From the NCBI GenBank assembly GCA_029851385.1, contig CP099833.1, forward strand, positions 87,455 through 151,454: a stretch of DNA of 64,000 bases, read 5' to 3'. The position numbers were made by a program, and so were the translations under genes. The stretch is from Candidatus Shikimatogenerans bostrichidophilus. GTDB lineage: Bacteria; Bacteroidota; Bacteroidia; Flavobacteriales; Blattabacteriaceae. A model generated the notes under the pieces. That model saw only the letters and a program-made list of their open reading frames with translations. It was not told where the DNA came from and made no database searches. Below are positions 48,450 through 57,355 of this stretch, in pieces (position 1 is the stretch's first letter; each line of letters starts with the position of its first letter).

Positions 48450-49415
48450 TTAAAAAAGAAATATATCTTTTTTAAATTTTATTCCGTTATAAATATCTAG
48501 TATATTTAGTTTATTTTTATTATTTAATTGACATATTAATAATTCTATATAATTATTTTTAGTTTTTATGAATATGCGTTTATTTATATATAATAATTTA
48601 CCTAATTGATATTTTGGATTATTTTCAAAATTAATATTTAAATCAATATTTATTTTATAAATATTTATAATATAAATTTTTTCTTTTGTATTTAAAAAAC
48701 ACCAAGCTGGTTTATTCTCAGGAACACCTAAAATTAATTGTAATATTTCTTTCTCGCTATATAAAAAAAAGTATATTTTACTATTATAATTATTAATTTT
48801 AGGAGCTAATTTTATTTTTTTGAATTTAATTATATTTTTAAAATTAATCTCTTTTCTATTTTTTTTATATTTTAATACTTTTTTTAACGTTCTTATTAGA
48901 AAATTAATAGTATGATTTGATAGTTCGTTACGTAATTTTATAAAGTTTGTATTTTTTTTTATATTTATAATTTTTTGTAGGATAATTTTACCTGAATCTA
49001 TATAATTATTAATAAAAAAACTAGTTAATCCAGTTATCTTATCTCCATTTATAATAGACCAGTTTATAGGACTAGATCCCTTATATTGTGGTAATAAAGA
49101 AGGATGTATATTAATAGTACCATATTTTGGAATTCTCCAAATTATTTCTTTAAGAATTTTAAAAGAAATTACTATTAAAAAATCTGGTTTACTATTTATA
49201 ATTTTATTTATATATATTTGACTATCTATATTTTCACTATATATAACTTTTATATTATTATCTATAGATATTCTTTTAATTAAATTAGGTTTATTATTAA
49301 TATATTTTTTTTTAGAAGTAATTATATAATTAATTTTTATATTTTTATTATTTACTAAATATTTTAATGTAGGTACAGCAAATAATCCATTACTCATGAA
49401 AATAATTTTTATCAT
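48450..49415 (-). CDS. fmt: Methionyl-tRNA formyltransferase
   Basis: IIFM...FAVPTL, INIHPSLLPQYKG..PINW, TGLT.F, DSG.I, APKI. Confidence 0.93.
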   Translation of the reverse strand: MIKIIFMSNGLFAVPTLKYLVNNKNIKINYIITSKKKYINNKPNLIKRISIDNNIKVIYSENIDSQIYINKIINSKPDFLIVISFKILKEIIWRIPKYGTINIHPSLLPQYKGSSPINWSIINGDKITGLTSFFINNYIDSGKIILQKIINIKKNTNFIKLRNELSNHTINFLIRTLKKVLKYKKNRKEINFKNIIKFKKIKLAPKINNYNSKIYFFLYSEKEILQLILGVPENKPAWCFLNTKEKIYIINIYKINIDLNINFENNPKYQLGKLLYINKRIFIKTKNNYIELLICQLNNKNKLNILDIYNGIKFKKDIFLF

Positions 49416-49431
49416 ATATTTATAATATTAA

Positions 49432-49504
49432 TGACCTGGCTGGGGTTCGAACCCAGGACCCTTACATTAAAAGTGTAATGCTCTACCAGCTGAGCTACCA
49501 AGTC
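49432..49504 (-). tRNA. tRNA-Lys(TTT)
   Basis: Reverse complement GACTTGG...TTACA CT TTT AA TGTAA...CCAGGTC A. Confidence 0.95.
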
Positions 49505-49578
49505 ATATATCTATAATAATATATTATAGGATAATTATATAATAGTTATTATTTTTATAAAAAAAAAATATAAAATAA

Positions 49579-50118
49579 ATGAAAATTTGTTTATTAGGAT
49601 ATATGGGGTGTGGTAAAACATATATAGGATCTTTACTATCAAAAAGTATAAAATATAATCATATAGATTTAGATAAACTTATAGAAATTACTAGTAAAAT
49701 GAGTATTAGTGATTATTTTAAAATATATGGTGAATATAATTTTAGGATTTTAGAAAATAATTTATTAAGTTTTATTACTAAAAATAGTAATATTAAAGAT
49801 TGTATATTTTCATTAGGTGGGGGTACTCCTTGTTTTTTTAATAATTTAAAATTAATAAAAAAAAATTATATAAGTATATATATAAAGGTTAACCATAAAG
49901 TATTATATGAAAGACTATCTATAGATAATGATAATAGACCACTATTAAAAAATAAAAAAGGTAAGGTATTATATGATTTTATTAAGAATCATATAAAATT
50001 AAGAAATAAATTTTATAAAAAAGCAAATTATATAATAGATACTAAAAATATGGATTATATAGAAGTTTCTGATTATATAAAAAATTTATTAAAAATTAAA
50101 AATGTTAAAAACATTTAA
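49579..50118 (+). CDS. aroK: Shikimate kinase
   Basis: LLGYMGCGKT, DLD, GE..FR..E, SLGGGTPC, RPLL. Confidence 0.95.
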   Translation: MKICLLGYMGCGKTYIGSLLSKSIKYNHIDLDKLIEITSKMSISDYFKIYGEYNFRILENNLLSFITKNSNIKDCIFSLGGGTPCFFNNLKLIKKNYISIYIKVNHKVLYERLSIDNDNRPLLKNKKGKVLYDFIKNHIKLRNKFYKKANYIIDTKNMDYIEVSDYIKNLLKIKNVKNI

Positions 50119-51454
50119 AAATTATTTTAATAAAAAAAAATGGAAAAGTAAAAAATTTCTATTAGCAGTTAGTGGTGGTATAGATAGTATAATTATATTA
50201 ATAATATTTTTAAAAATATTTAAGAATAATATAATAGTATGTAATTGTAATTTTAATTTATCTAAAGATATCAGTAATAATAATTTAGTATTTAATATAT
50301 GCTATAAAAATAATATAAAATTTTATTATAAAAATTTTAACACCTTAAAATATATTAAATATAAAAAAATTTCTATTCAAATGGGAGCTAGATATTTAAG
50401 ATATAAATGGTTTTATAAAATATTAAAAAAAAATAATTATGACTATATTGTTACTGGTCATCATATAAATGACGATATAGAAACTTTATTTATTAATTTA
50501 TTAAAAGGTAATAGTATATATGGATTAAAAGGAATATTACCTGTATATAATAAAATTTTAAGACCATATTTAATATTAAATATTAATAAAGAAAATATAT
50601 ATAAATATGCATTAAAAAATAATATTAAATGGGTAGAAGATAAAAGTAATAGTAAAAATTATTATTTTAGAAATAATATAAGAAATAATTTAATACCTTT
50701 TATAAAAAAATCATATAATAGATATTTTAATAATATTTATAATACTTTATATAAATTAAAAATTGAATATAATTTATTTAATAATTATATTAGTAAAATA
50801 TTTAAAAAGATATTAAAAATAAAATATATATTAAAAATTAAATATATTTGTATATATTACACAAAAATTTTAAAAATTAAACATTATGAATATATATTAT
50901 ATAAAAATTTAATTAAATATGGATTCAATAATATTAATATTTTTAAAGATATAAATAAAAAACGAAAAGGTATAATTATATATTCAAATAATAATAAATA
51001 TAAAATTATAAAAGATCATAATAAATTATTTTTAATTAAAAATAAAAATATTTATATAAATTATAAAATTAAAAGTTCTAAAATAATAAATTTAGGAAAT
51101 AATAATAAAATTATTATTAAATTTATTAAAAATAATAATATATTTTTTAGTAATAAATATATATATTTAAATTTGGATTTAATAGTTTTACCTATATATA
51201 TTAAAAATTGGAAAAAAGGATATAAGTTTATTAATAACGATAAAATAATAAATATAAATAAAATTTTTAAAAAATATAAAATTTCTAGATTTTTTAAAGA
51301 TAAAATATTATTTTTAGTAGATAGTAATAATATAATATTATCAAGTTTAAATATTATTTTTATTTATAATAATAATTATGTTGTTAATAAAAATACTAAA
51401 AATATATTATATTATAATTCTTTATTTAAATATAATGATAAAAGATATTGTTAA
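50102..51454 (+). CDS. tilS: tRNA(Ile)-lysidine synthetase
   Basis: LAVSGGIDS, AR.LRY, TGHH.ND..ET, RP, W.ED.SN, RN.IR. Confidence 0.92.
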   Translation: MLKTFKNYFNKKKWKSKKFLLAVSGGIDSIIILIIFLKIFKNNIIVCNCNFNLSKDISNNNLVFNICYKNNIKFYYKNFNTLKYIKYKKISIQMGARYLRYKWFYKILKKNNYDYIVTGHHINDDIETLFINLLKGNSIYGLKGILPVYNKILRPYLILNINKENIYKYALKNNIKWVEDKSNSKNYYFRNNIRNNLIPFIKKSYNRYFNNIYNTLYKLKIEYNLFNNYISKIFKKILKIKYILKIKYICIYYTKILKIKHYEYILYKNLIKYGFNNINIFKDINKKRKGIIIYSNNNKYKIIKDHNKLFLIKNKNIYINYKIKSSKIINLGNNNKIIIKFIKNNNIFFSNKYIYLNLDLIVLPIYIKNWKKGYKFINNDKIININKIFKKYKISRFFKDKILFLVDSNNIILSSLNIIFIYNNNYVVNKNTKNILYYNSLFKYNDKRYC

Positions 51455-52646
51455 CAATCATAAAAAGTTAGGTGAAAAGTTAAAATTATTTTTTTTTCAT
51501 AGAAATACAGGGTTACCTATATGGCTACCTAATGGTATATATTTATATAATAAAATTAAATTTTTTTTAAGAAAAATAAATTTAAATAATAAATATTTAG
51601 AAGTTTCTACACCTTATATTGGTAATTATAGTATATATAAAAAATCTGGACATATTAATAAATACAAAAATAATATATTTGAAATAAAATATAAAAAGAA
51701 AATTTATCTTAAGCCTATGAGTTGTCCATATCATTGTATAATATATAAAAACTTTAATAATATTTCTTATAAAAAATTACCTATAAAATTATTTGAATTT
51801 GGTACTGTATTTCGTAATGAAAAACATGGAGAATTAAATGGATTATTTAGAAGTCAAGTTTTTACTCAAGATGATGGTCATATTTTTTGTAAAAATAATA
51901 AAGAAGTAATAAATGAAATTAATAATATTATAAATATAATTAAATATATATATAAAAAATTTTATATTAAAAAATTTTATATTAGACTATCTTTAAAATC
52001 ATTAGAGAATAATAATAAATATATAGGATTAAAAAAAAATTGGGAGAAATCAGAAAAAATACTAAAATATATAATTAAAATAAATAATGTAAAATATAAA
52101 ATTATTTATGGAGATGCTGCATTTTATGGTCCAAAAATTGATTTTATTATTAAAGATAGTATAAATAGAGAATGGCAATTAAGTACTATACAAATAGATT
52201 ACAATACCCCTAAAAAATTTAATCTTAAATATATTAATAAATATAATAAAATATATACTCCTATTATGATACATAGAGCATATTTAGGATCTATAGAAAG
52301 ATTTATAGGTATATTAATAGAAAGTACAAGTGGGAATTTACCATTTTGGTTATTAAAAGTTCAAATTGTTATTATACCTGTTTATAATTCTAACCATATA
52401 TATATATTAAAAATATATAAAAAATTAAAAAAAAATAAAATAAGATGTTATATTGATAATAGTAAGAATAATATAAATATAAAAATTAAAAAATATGAAA
52501 AATTAAACATACCAATAATAATATTAGTAGGTAATAAAGAAATTGCAAATAATAAAATCTTTATAAGACAAAAGAATAAAAGATTAAATATAAGTTTAAA
52601 GGAAGGATATAAATATATATTAAATTATATTTATAATAATAAATAA
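51435..52646 (+). CDS. thrS: Threonyl-tRNA synthetase lacking the N-terminal TGS/editing domains
   Basis: NHKKLG near the start, WLPNG, LKPMSCP.H, FRNE, FTQDDGH, AFYGPKID, MIHRA..GS.ERF. The ATG at 51435 is preferred over 51378, which lies deep inside tilS. Confidence 0.95.
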   Translation: MIKDIVNNHKKLGEKLKLFFFHRNTGLPIWLPNGIYLYNKIKFFLRKINLNNKYLEVSTPYIGNYSIYKKSGHINKYKNNIFEIKYKKKIYLKPMSCPYHCIIYKNFNNISYKKLPIKLFEFGTVFRNEKHGELNGLFRSQVFTQDDGHIFCKNNKEVINEINNIINIIKYIYKKFYIKKFYIRLSLKSLENNNKYIGLKKNWEKSEKILKYIIKINNVKYKIIYGDAAFYGPKIDFIIKDSINREWQLSTIQIDYNTPKKFNLKYINKYNKIYTPIMIHRAYLGSIERFIGILIESTSGNLPFWLLKVQIVIIPVYNSNHIYILKIYKKLKKNKIRCYIDNSKNNINIKIKKYEKLNIPIIILVGNKEIANNKIFIRQKNKRLNISLKEGYKYILNYIYNNK

Positions 52647-52654
52647 AAATAATA

Positions 52655-53191
52655 ATAACTATTAAAAAAAAATATATTTTAGATAAAAAAATATCTAAAT
52701 TTAAAATTAATAATAATATAAATTATAAAATAGTAAAATTAGTAGGTAGTGATATATTAGAAAATAAAATATATAAATTACCAGATTTACTTTATAAAAA
52801 AAGAATTAATAATATTAAATTAGATTTAATGATTATAAATGAAAATATATATCCACCATTAGTAAAATTTTTAGATTTTAATAAATATTTATATAATATT
52901 AAAAAAAAATTTAAAAAAAATTTGAAAAATAATCCTATTAAAATAATAAGATTAAGTCCTCAAATTAGTGAACATGATATATATTTTAAAATGAAAAAAG
53001 TAAAAACATTTTTAAAAAAAAAATATAAAGTTAAATTATATGTTTTTTTTAAGGGTAGATCAATAATATATAAATATCAAGGTGAAAAAGTATTAATGTT
53101 ATTTTACGACAAACTAAAAGATATTTGTATAATAGAAAAAAGACCTTATATGGATTATAATAAAATGTTTATGATAATAACTCCTAAATAA
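52655..53191 (+). CDS. infC: Translation initiation factor IF-3 (non-AUG start, probably ATA)
   Basis: The frame is open from 52643 and encodes an IF3 N-domain (KINNNI..VKLVG...LDL.II....PP.VK..DF.KY.Y) upstream of the track's ATG; C-domain P.I.EHD, FF.GR; thrS-infC-rpmI-rplT order. Confidence 0.88.
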   Translation: MTIKKKYILDKKISKFKINNNINYKIVKLVGSDILENKIYKLPDLLYKKRINNIKLDLMIINENIYPPLVKFLDFNKYLYNIKKKFKKNLKNNPIKIIRLSPQISEHDIYFKMKKVKTFLKKKYKVKLYVFFKGRSIIYKYQGEKVLMLFYDKLKDICIIEKRPYMDYNKMFMIITPK

Positions 53192-53198
53192 TTTAATT

Positions 53199-53366
53199 AT
53201 GAAATTGAAAAATAAATCAAGTTTTAAAAAAAGATTTAGATTAATAACAGATAAAAAAATAAAAAGAAGAAGATCTAATAAAAATCATAATTTAACTAAA
53301 AAATCTAAAAGAAGAAAAAAAAGATTATCAAGAAAAAAAATTATTAATATAAAACTAATTAAATAA
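53199..53366 (+). CDS. rpmI: 50S ribosomal protein L35
   Basis: Not in the ORF track. MKLKNKSSFKKRFRLITDKKIKRRRSNKNHNLTKKSKRRKKRL... (55 aa) between infC and rplT. Confidence 0.92.
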   Translation: MKLKNKSSFKKRFRLITDKKIKRRRSNKNHNLTKKSKRRKKRLSRKKIINIKLIK

Positions 53367-53367
53367 T

Positions 53368-53712
53368 ATGCCAAGATCAAAAAATAAGGTAGCTTCTAAA
53401 AGAAGAAGAAAAAAAATATTAAGATTAGCAAAGGGATATTATGGAGTAAAAAGTAAAAGTTATACTATAGCTAAAAATACTGTTGAAAAATCACTATTAA
53501 ATTCTTATTTAGGTAGAAAAGAAAAAAAGAAATATTTTAAAAGATTATGGATAATAAGAATTAATGCATATGTTAGAAAATATAGTAATTTAACTTATTC
53601 TAAATTTATGTATATATTGAAAAAAAATAATTATATATTAAATAGAAAAATTTTATCTTATCTATGTATAGAATCTAAAGATCATTTATTAAAAAAAATA
53701 TTAAATAATTAA
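53368..53712 (+). CDS. rplT: 50S ribosomal protein L20
   Basis: MPRS.N.VAS.RRRKKIL.LAKGYYG, LWI.RINA, LNRKIL. Confidence 0.97.
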   Translation: MPRSKNKVASKRRRKKILRLAKGYYGVKSKSYTIAKNTVEKSLLNSYLGRKEKKKYFKRLWIIRINAYVRKYSNLTYSKFMYILKKNNYILNRKILSYLCIESKDHLLKKILNN

Positions 53713-54630
53713 TTATATATAATATTTTTTCAATGTTTTAGGTATAATAGTATTTTTAAAAATTTTTTTAGCTTCTTTTTTAAAAAGAGATTTATTTGTA
53801 AAACGATTTGAAAAATGACCAATTATTAATTTTTTTGATTTAGATTTTTTTGCAATAGTTGCTGCATTAACTGATGTAGAATGACCTCTTTTATAAGCCA
53901 ATTTTTCATATTTATGTAAATATGTAGTTTCATGATATAGTAAGTCTACCTTCTTTAAATATTTAACTATATTAGGAGAATATTTAGTATCACTACAAAA
54001 AGCATAAGTTAATGATTTTACTCTATTATACGTTAAATATTTATTAGGTATAATAGACCCATTTTTTTTTATAAAACTATATCCTTTTTGTATGGAACGA
54101 TAGTCTTTAATATTAATTTCTTTTATTTTTTTTATTCTCTCTATTTTTAATTTTTTTAAATTTTTTTTTTCTTTAAAAATAAATCCATTAGTATATATTT
54201 TGTGTTTTAATGGTAAAGTATATACCTTTAAATTTTTATTTTCATATATTTTTTTTTGTTTAGTAGATGATAATACTACAAATCTTAAAGGATAATTAAT
54301 ATTTGAGTAAGACCATTTTAAATGTATTTTAATAATTTCTTTTAAACCTTTAGGTGAATATATAGTCAATAAAGTATTACGTCTTAATAATTGATAGGTT
54401 GATAAAATACTTATTAAACCAAAATAATGATCACCATGTAAATGTGATATAAATATATTATTAATTTTATTAATTTTAATTTTTGATTTTAATAATTGAG
54501 TTTGAGTACCTTCACCACAATCTATTAAAAAAAAATTATTTTTCATATACAATATCTGAGATGTAGGATGATGATTATAAAATGGTAAAGAAGAATTATA
54601 CCCTAATATTATTAGAAATGATTTTTCCAT
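53713..54630 (-). CDS. rnz: Ribonuclease Z
   Basis: LIDCGEGTQ, ISHLHGDH, YAFCSDT, YHETTY, HST, GHFS.R. Confidence 0.95.
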   Translation of the reverse strand: MEKSFLIILGYNSSLPFYNHHPTSQILYMKNNFFLIDCGEGTQTQLLKSKIKINKINNIFISHLHGDHYFGLISILSTYQLLRRNTLLTIYSPKGLKEIIKIHLKWSYSNINYPLRFVVLSSTKQKKIYENKNLKVYTLPLKHKIYTNGFIFKEKKNLKKLKIERIKKIKEINIKDYRSIQKGYSFIKKNGSIIPNKYLTYNRVKSLTYAFCSDTKYSPNIVKYLKKVDLLYHETTYLHKYEKLAYKRGHSTSVNAATIAKKSKSKKLIIGHFSNRFTNKSLFKKEAKKIFKNTIIPKTLKKYYI

Positions 54631-54667
54631 ATTTTAAATTATTATTTAAATTATAAACTAATAGAAT

Positions 54668-57190
54668 ATGTATAAAGAAACACCATTAATAAAACAATAT
54701 TATACTTTAAAATTTAATAATCCTGATTGTATATTATTTTTTCAAGTAGGAGATTTTTATGAAATTTTTGGATATGATGCTATATTATGTTCTAGATTAT
54801 TAGATTTAACATTAACTAAAAGAAATAAAAATAGTATTTATTTAGCAGGATTTCCATGTAATTCATTGATAGTATATATTAATAAACTTATTAAATATGG
54901 GTATAAAATTGCAATATGTGATCAAATCAACGATAATAAGAATAATAAAGATAATAATTTAATAGATAGAAGAGTAACTAATATTATATCTCCTGGTATA
55001 TCTTTATATGAGAATATTAATAATAATAAGAATATTATAAAGTTTATCGCAGTATTATTTCTATATAAGAAGAATATAGGTATATCTTTGTTAGATTTTT
55101 CTACTGGTGAATTTTTAGTAACGGAAGGTAATTATAATTATATAAAATATATAATTGTTAGTTATAAACCTAAAGAATTTTTTATACCTAAAAGTCAAAT
55201 ATTTTTTTTTAGAAAATTTTTATATAATATTAAAAAATTAATAATTAACTTATTAGATGATATTATTTTTAATTATAGTTTTAATTATATAAATTTATTG
55301 AAACATTTTAATAAAAATATAATTAAAAAATTTATTAAGTTTAAACTATCAATTATTTCAGCAGGTATATCTATTTACTATATAAAAAATTATTATAATT
55401 TAAAATTAAATCATATAAATAAAATAAAATTTATTAAAAAAGAATTATTTTTATTATTAGATGAAAATACTATAAAGAATTTAGAAATTATAAAATCTTT
55501 AAATAAAAATGGTAAATCTTTATTATCAATATTAGATAATACATATACTTCTATGGGATATAGATTATTAAATAATTGGATAATATTACCATCAAAAAAT
55601 TTAAATATTATTAGACATAGGCATAATATAATAAATTTTTTTTTTAAACAAAATAAATATAAAAATAATTTACAATTATCAATATTATATAATTTAAAGA
55701 ATATATATGATATAGAAAAATTAGTTTCTAAAATATCTAATTATAAAATTACTCCAAATCAATTATATAAATTATCCAAATCTATAAAATATATAAATAA
55801 TATTTTAAATATTTTAAATATTAATAATATAAAGATTAGAAGAATTTTTAATTTTAAATATAAAGTATATAATAAAATTAAATATATATATAAAATTATA
55901 AAAAATATTATTATTCATAATCCTATAAATACATTCAATAAAAATTATATAATTAAAAATAATATATCTAAAAAATTAGATAATTATAAATTAATTTTAA
56001 AAAAAAAAATATACAAAATTAATAAATATTATATTAATAATATTAAAAAAAAAATAAATATAAAATATTTAAAATTTAATAAAAATGATTTAATAGGATA
56101 TTATTTTGAAATAAAAAAATCTGATCACAATAAAATACCTAACAATTGGATAATTAAACAAAGATTATCTAATTATATTAGATATACAACTAGTATATTA
56201 AATAAATTTGAATATTATATTTATAATTTAAATAAAAAAATTTTTGCTTTAGAAAAGAAAATCTTTGATAAAATTATTAATATTTTAAATAAGAATATAG
56301 TAAATTTAAAAAGAATATCTAATTTTATTGCAAAAATAGATGTATTATTTTCATTATTTTTAACAGCTAAATATAATAAATACGTTAAACCAAATATAAA
56401 AGATAATTATGAAGAATATAGTTATATAAATATAATAAAAGGGAGACACCCTGTAATAGAGAAAAGTATTAATAACAAATATATACCAAATAATATATAT
56501 ATAGATAATAAATTAAATCAAATTATTATTATAACTGGTCCTAATATGTCAGGTAAATCTGCTATACTTAGACAAACTGCTTTAATAGTTATAATGGCTC
56601 AAATGGGAAGTTATGTGCCAGCAGAATATGTAGAACTTAATATTATAGATAAAATTTTTAGTAGGATTGGAGCTACCGATAATATATCAAAAGGAGAATC
56701 TACATTTATGTTAGAAATGAATGAAACTTCATATATATTAAATAATTTTACTAGAAACAGTTTAATTTTAATGGATGAAATTGGTAGGGGGACTAGCACA
56801 TATGATGGTATATCATTGTCTTATTCAATATTAAAATACTTAAATAATAGTATTTTTAAACCAAAAGTTTTATTCACTACTCATTATTATGAATTAAAAA
56901 AAATATTAAGTTTTAAGGAAGGTATTAAATATTATAATTTATCTATAAAAAGATATGGTAATAAATTAATTTTTAGAAGAAAATTAAAAATTGGTATTAA
57001 TAATAATAGTTATGGTATTTATATAGCAGAAATTTCAGGTATACCTAGCAAAATAATAAAAGATTCTAAAAAAATTTTTAATAATTTTTATAATAATAAT
57101 AATATTATTATTGTTATTTTTAAAAAAATATTTAAATTATTTAATATAGTTAAAAAATATATATATACTATATGCGATAGTAGTTCATAA
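54668..57190 (+). CDS. mutS: DNA mismatch repair protein MutS
   Basis: TPLIKQY, FQVGDFYE, GRHPV, TGPNMSGKS, STFM.EM, DEIGRGTSTYDG, THY; stop codon lies inside tRNA-Gly. Confidence 0.96.
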   Translation: MYKETPLIKQYYTLKFNNPDCILFFQVGDFYEIFGYDAILCSRLLDLTLTKRNKNSIYLAGFPCNSLIVYINKLIKYGYKIAICDQINDNKNNKDNNLIDRRVTNIISPGISLYENINNNKNIIKFIAVLFLYKKNIGISLLDFSTGEFLVTEGNYNYIKYIIVSYKPKEFFIPKSQIFFFRKFLYNIKKLIINLLDDIIFNYSFNYINLLKHFNKNIIKKFIKFKLSIISAGISIYYIKNYYNLKLNHINKIKFIKKELFLLLDENTIKNLEIIKSLNKNGKSLLSILDNTYTSMGYRLLNNWIILPSKNLNIIRHRHNIINFFFKQNKYKNNLQLSILYNLKNIYDIEKLVSKISNYKITPNQLYKLSKSIKYINNILNILNINNIKIRRIFNFKYKVYNKIKYIYKIIKNIIIHNPINTFNKNYIIKNNISKKLDNYKLILKKKIYKINKYYINNIKKKINIKYLKFNKNDLIGYYFEIKKSDHNKIPNNWIIKQRLSNYIRYTTSILNKFEYYIYNLNKKIFALEKKIFDKIINILNKNIVNLKRISNFIAKIDVLFSLFLTAKYNKYVKPNIKDNYEEYSYINIIKGRHPVIEKSINNKYIPNNIYIDNKLNQIIIITGPNMSGKSAILRQTALIVIMAQMGSYVPAEYVELNIIDKIFSRIGATDNISKGESTFMLEMNETSYILNNFTRNSLILMDEIGRGTSTYDGISLSYSILKYLNNSIFKPKVLFTTHYYELKKILSFKEGIKYYNLSIKRYGNKLIFRRKLKIGINNNSYGIYIAEISGIPSKIIKDSKKIFNNFYNNNNIIIVIFKKIFKLFNIVKKYIYTICDSSS

Positions 57191-57246
57191 GGTAGAACAT
57201 AACCTTGCCAAGGTTAAGGTAATGGGTTCGATTCCCATCTATCGCT
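57174..57246 (+). tRNA. tRNA-Gly(GCC)
   Basis: GCGATAG/CTATCGC T acceptor stem; TAACC TT GCC AA GGTTA anticodon arm. Confidence 0.95.
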
Positions 57247-57251
57247 TATTA

Positions 57252-57341
57252 GTCTAGATGGTGAAATAGGTAAACACGCAGGACTTAAAATCCTGTAATT
57301 CAATTAAATGAATTTTGCGGGTTCGATTCCCGCTCTAGACA
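57252..57341 (+). tRNA. tRNA-Leu(TAA)
   Basis: GTCTAGA/TCTAGAC A acceptor stem; CAGGA CT TAA AA TCCTG anticodon arm; long variable arm. Confidence 0.94.
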
Positions 57342-57355
57342 TAAAGATTAAATAT

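Noticed and set aside
57308..57355. DnaE N-terminal extension MNFAGSIPALDIKIKY
   Set aside because: It is translated from the tRNA-Leu(TAA) sequence; homology starts at the ATG at 57356.
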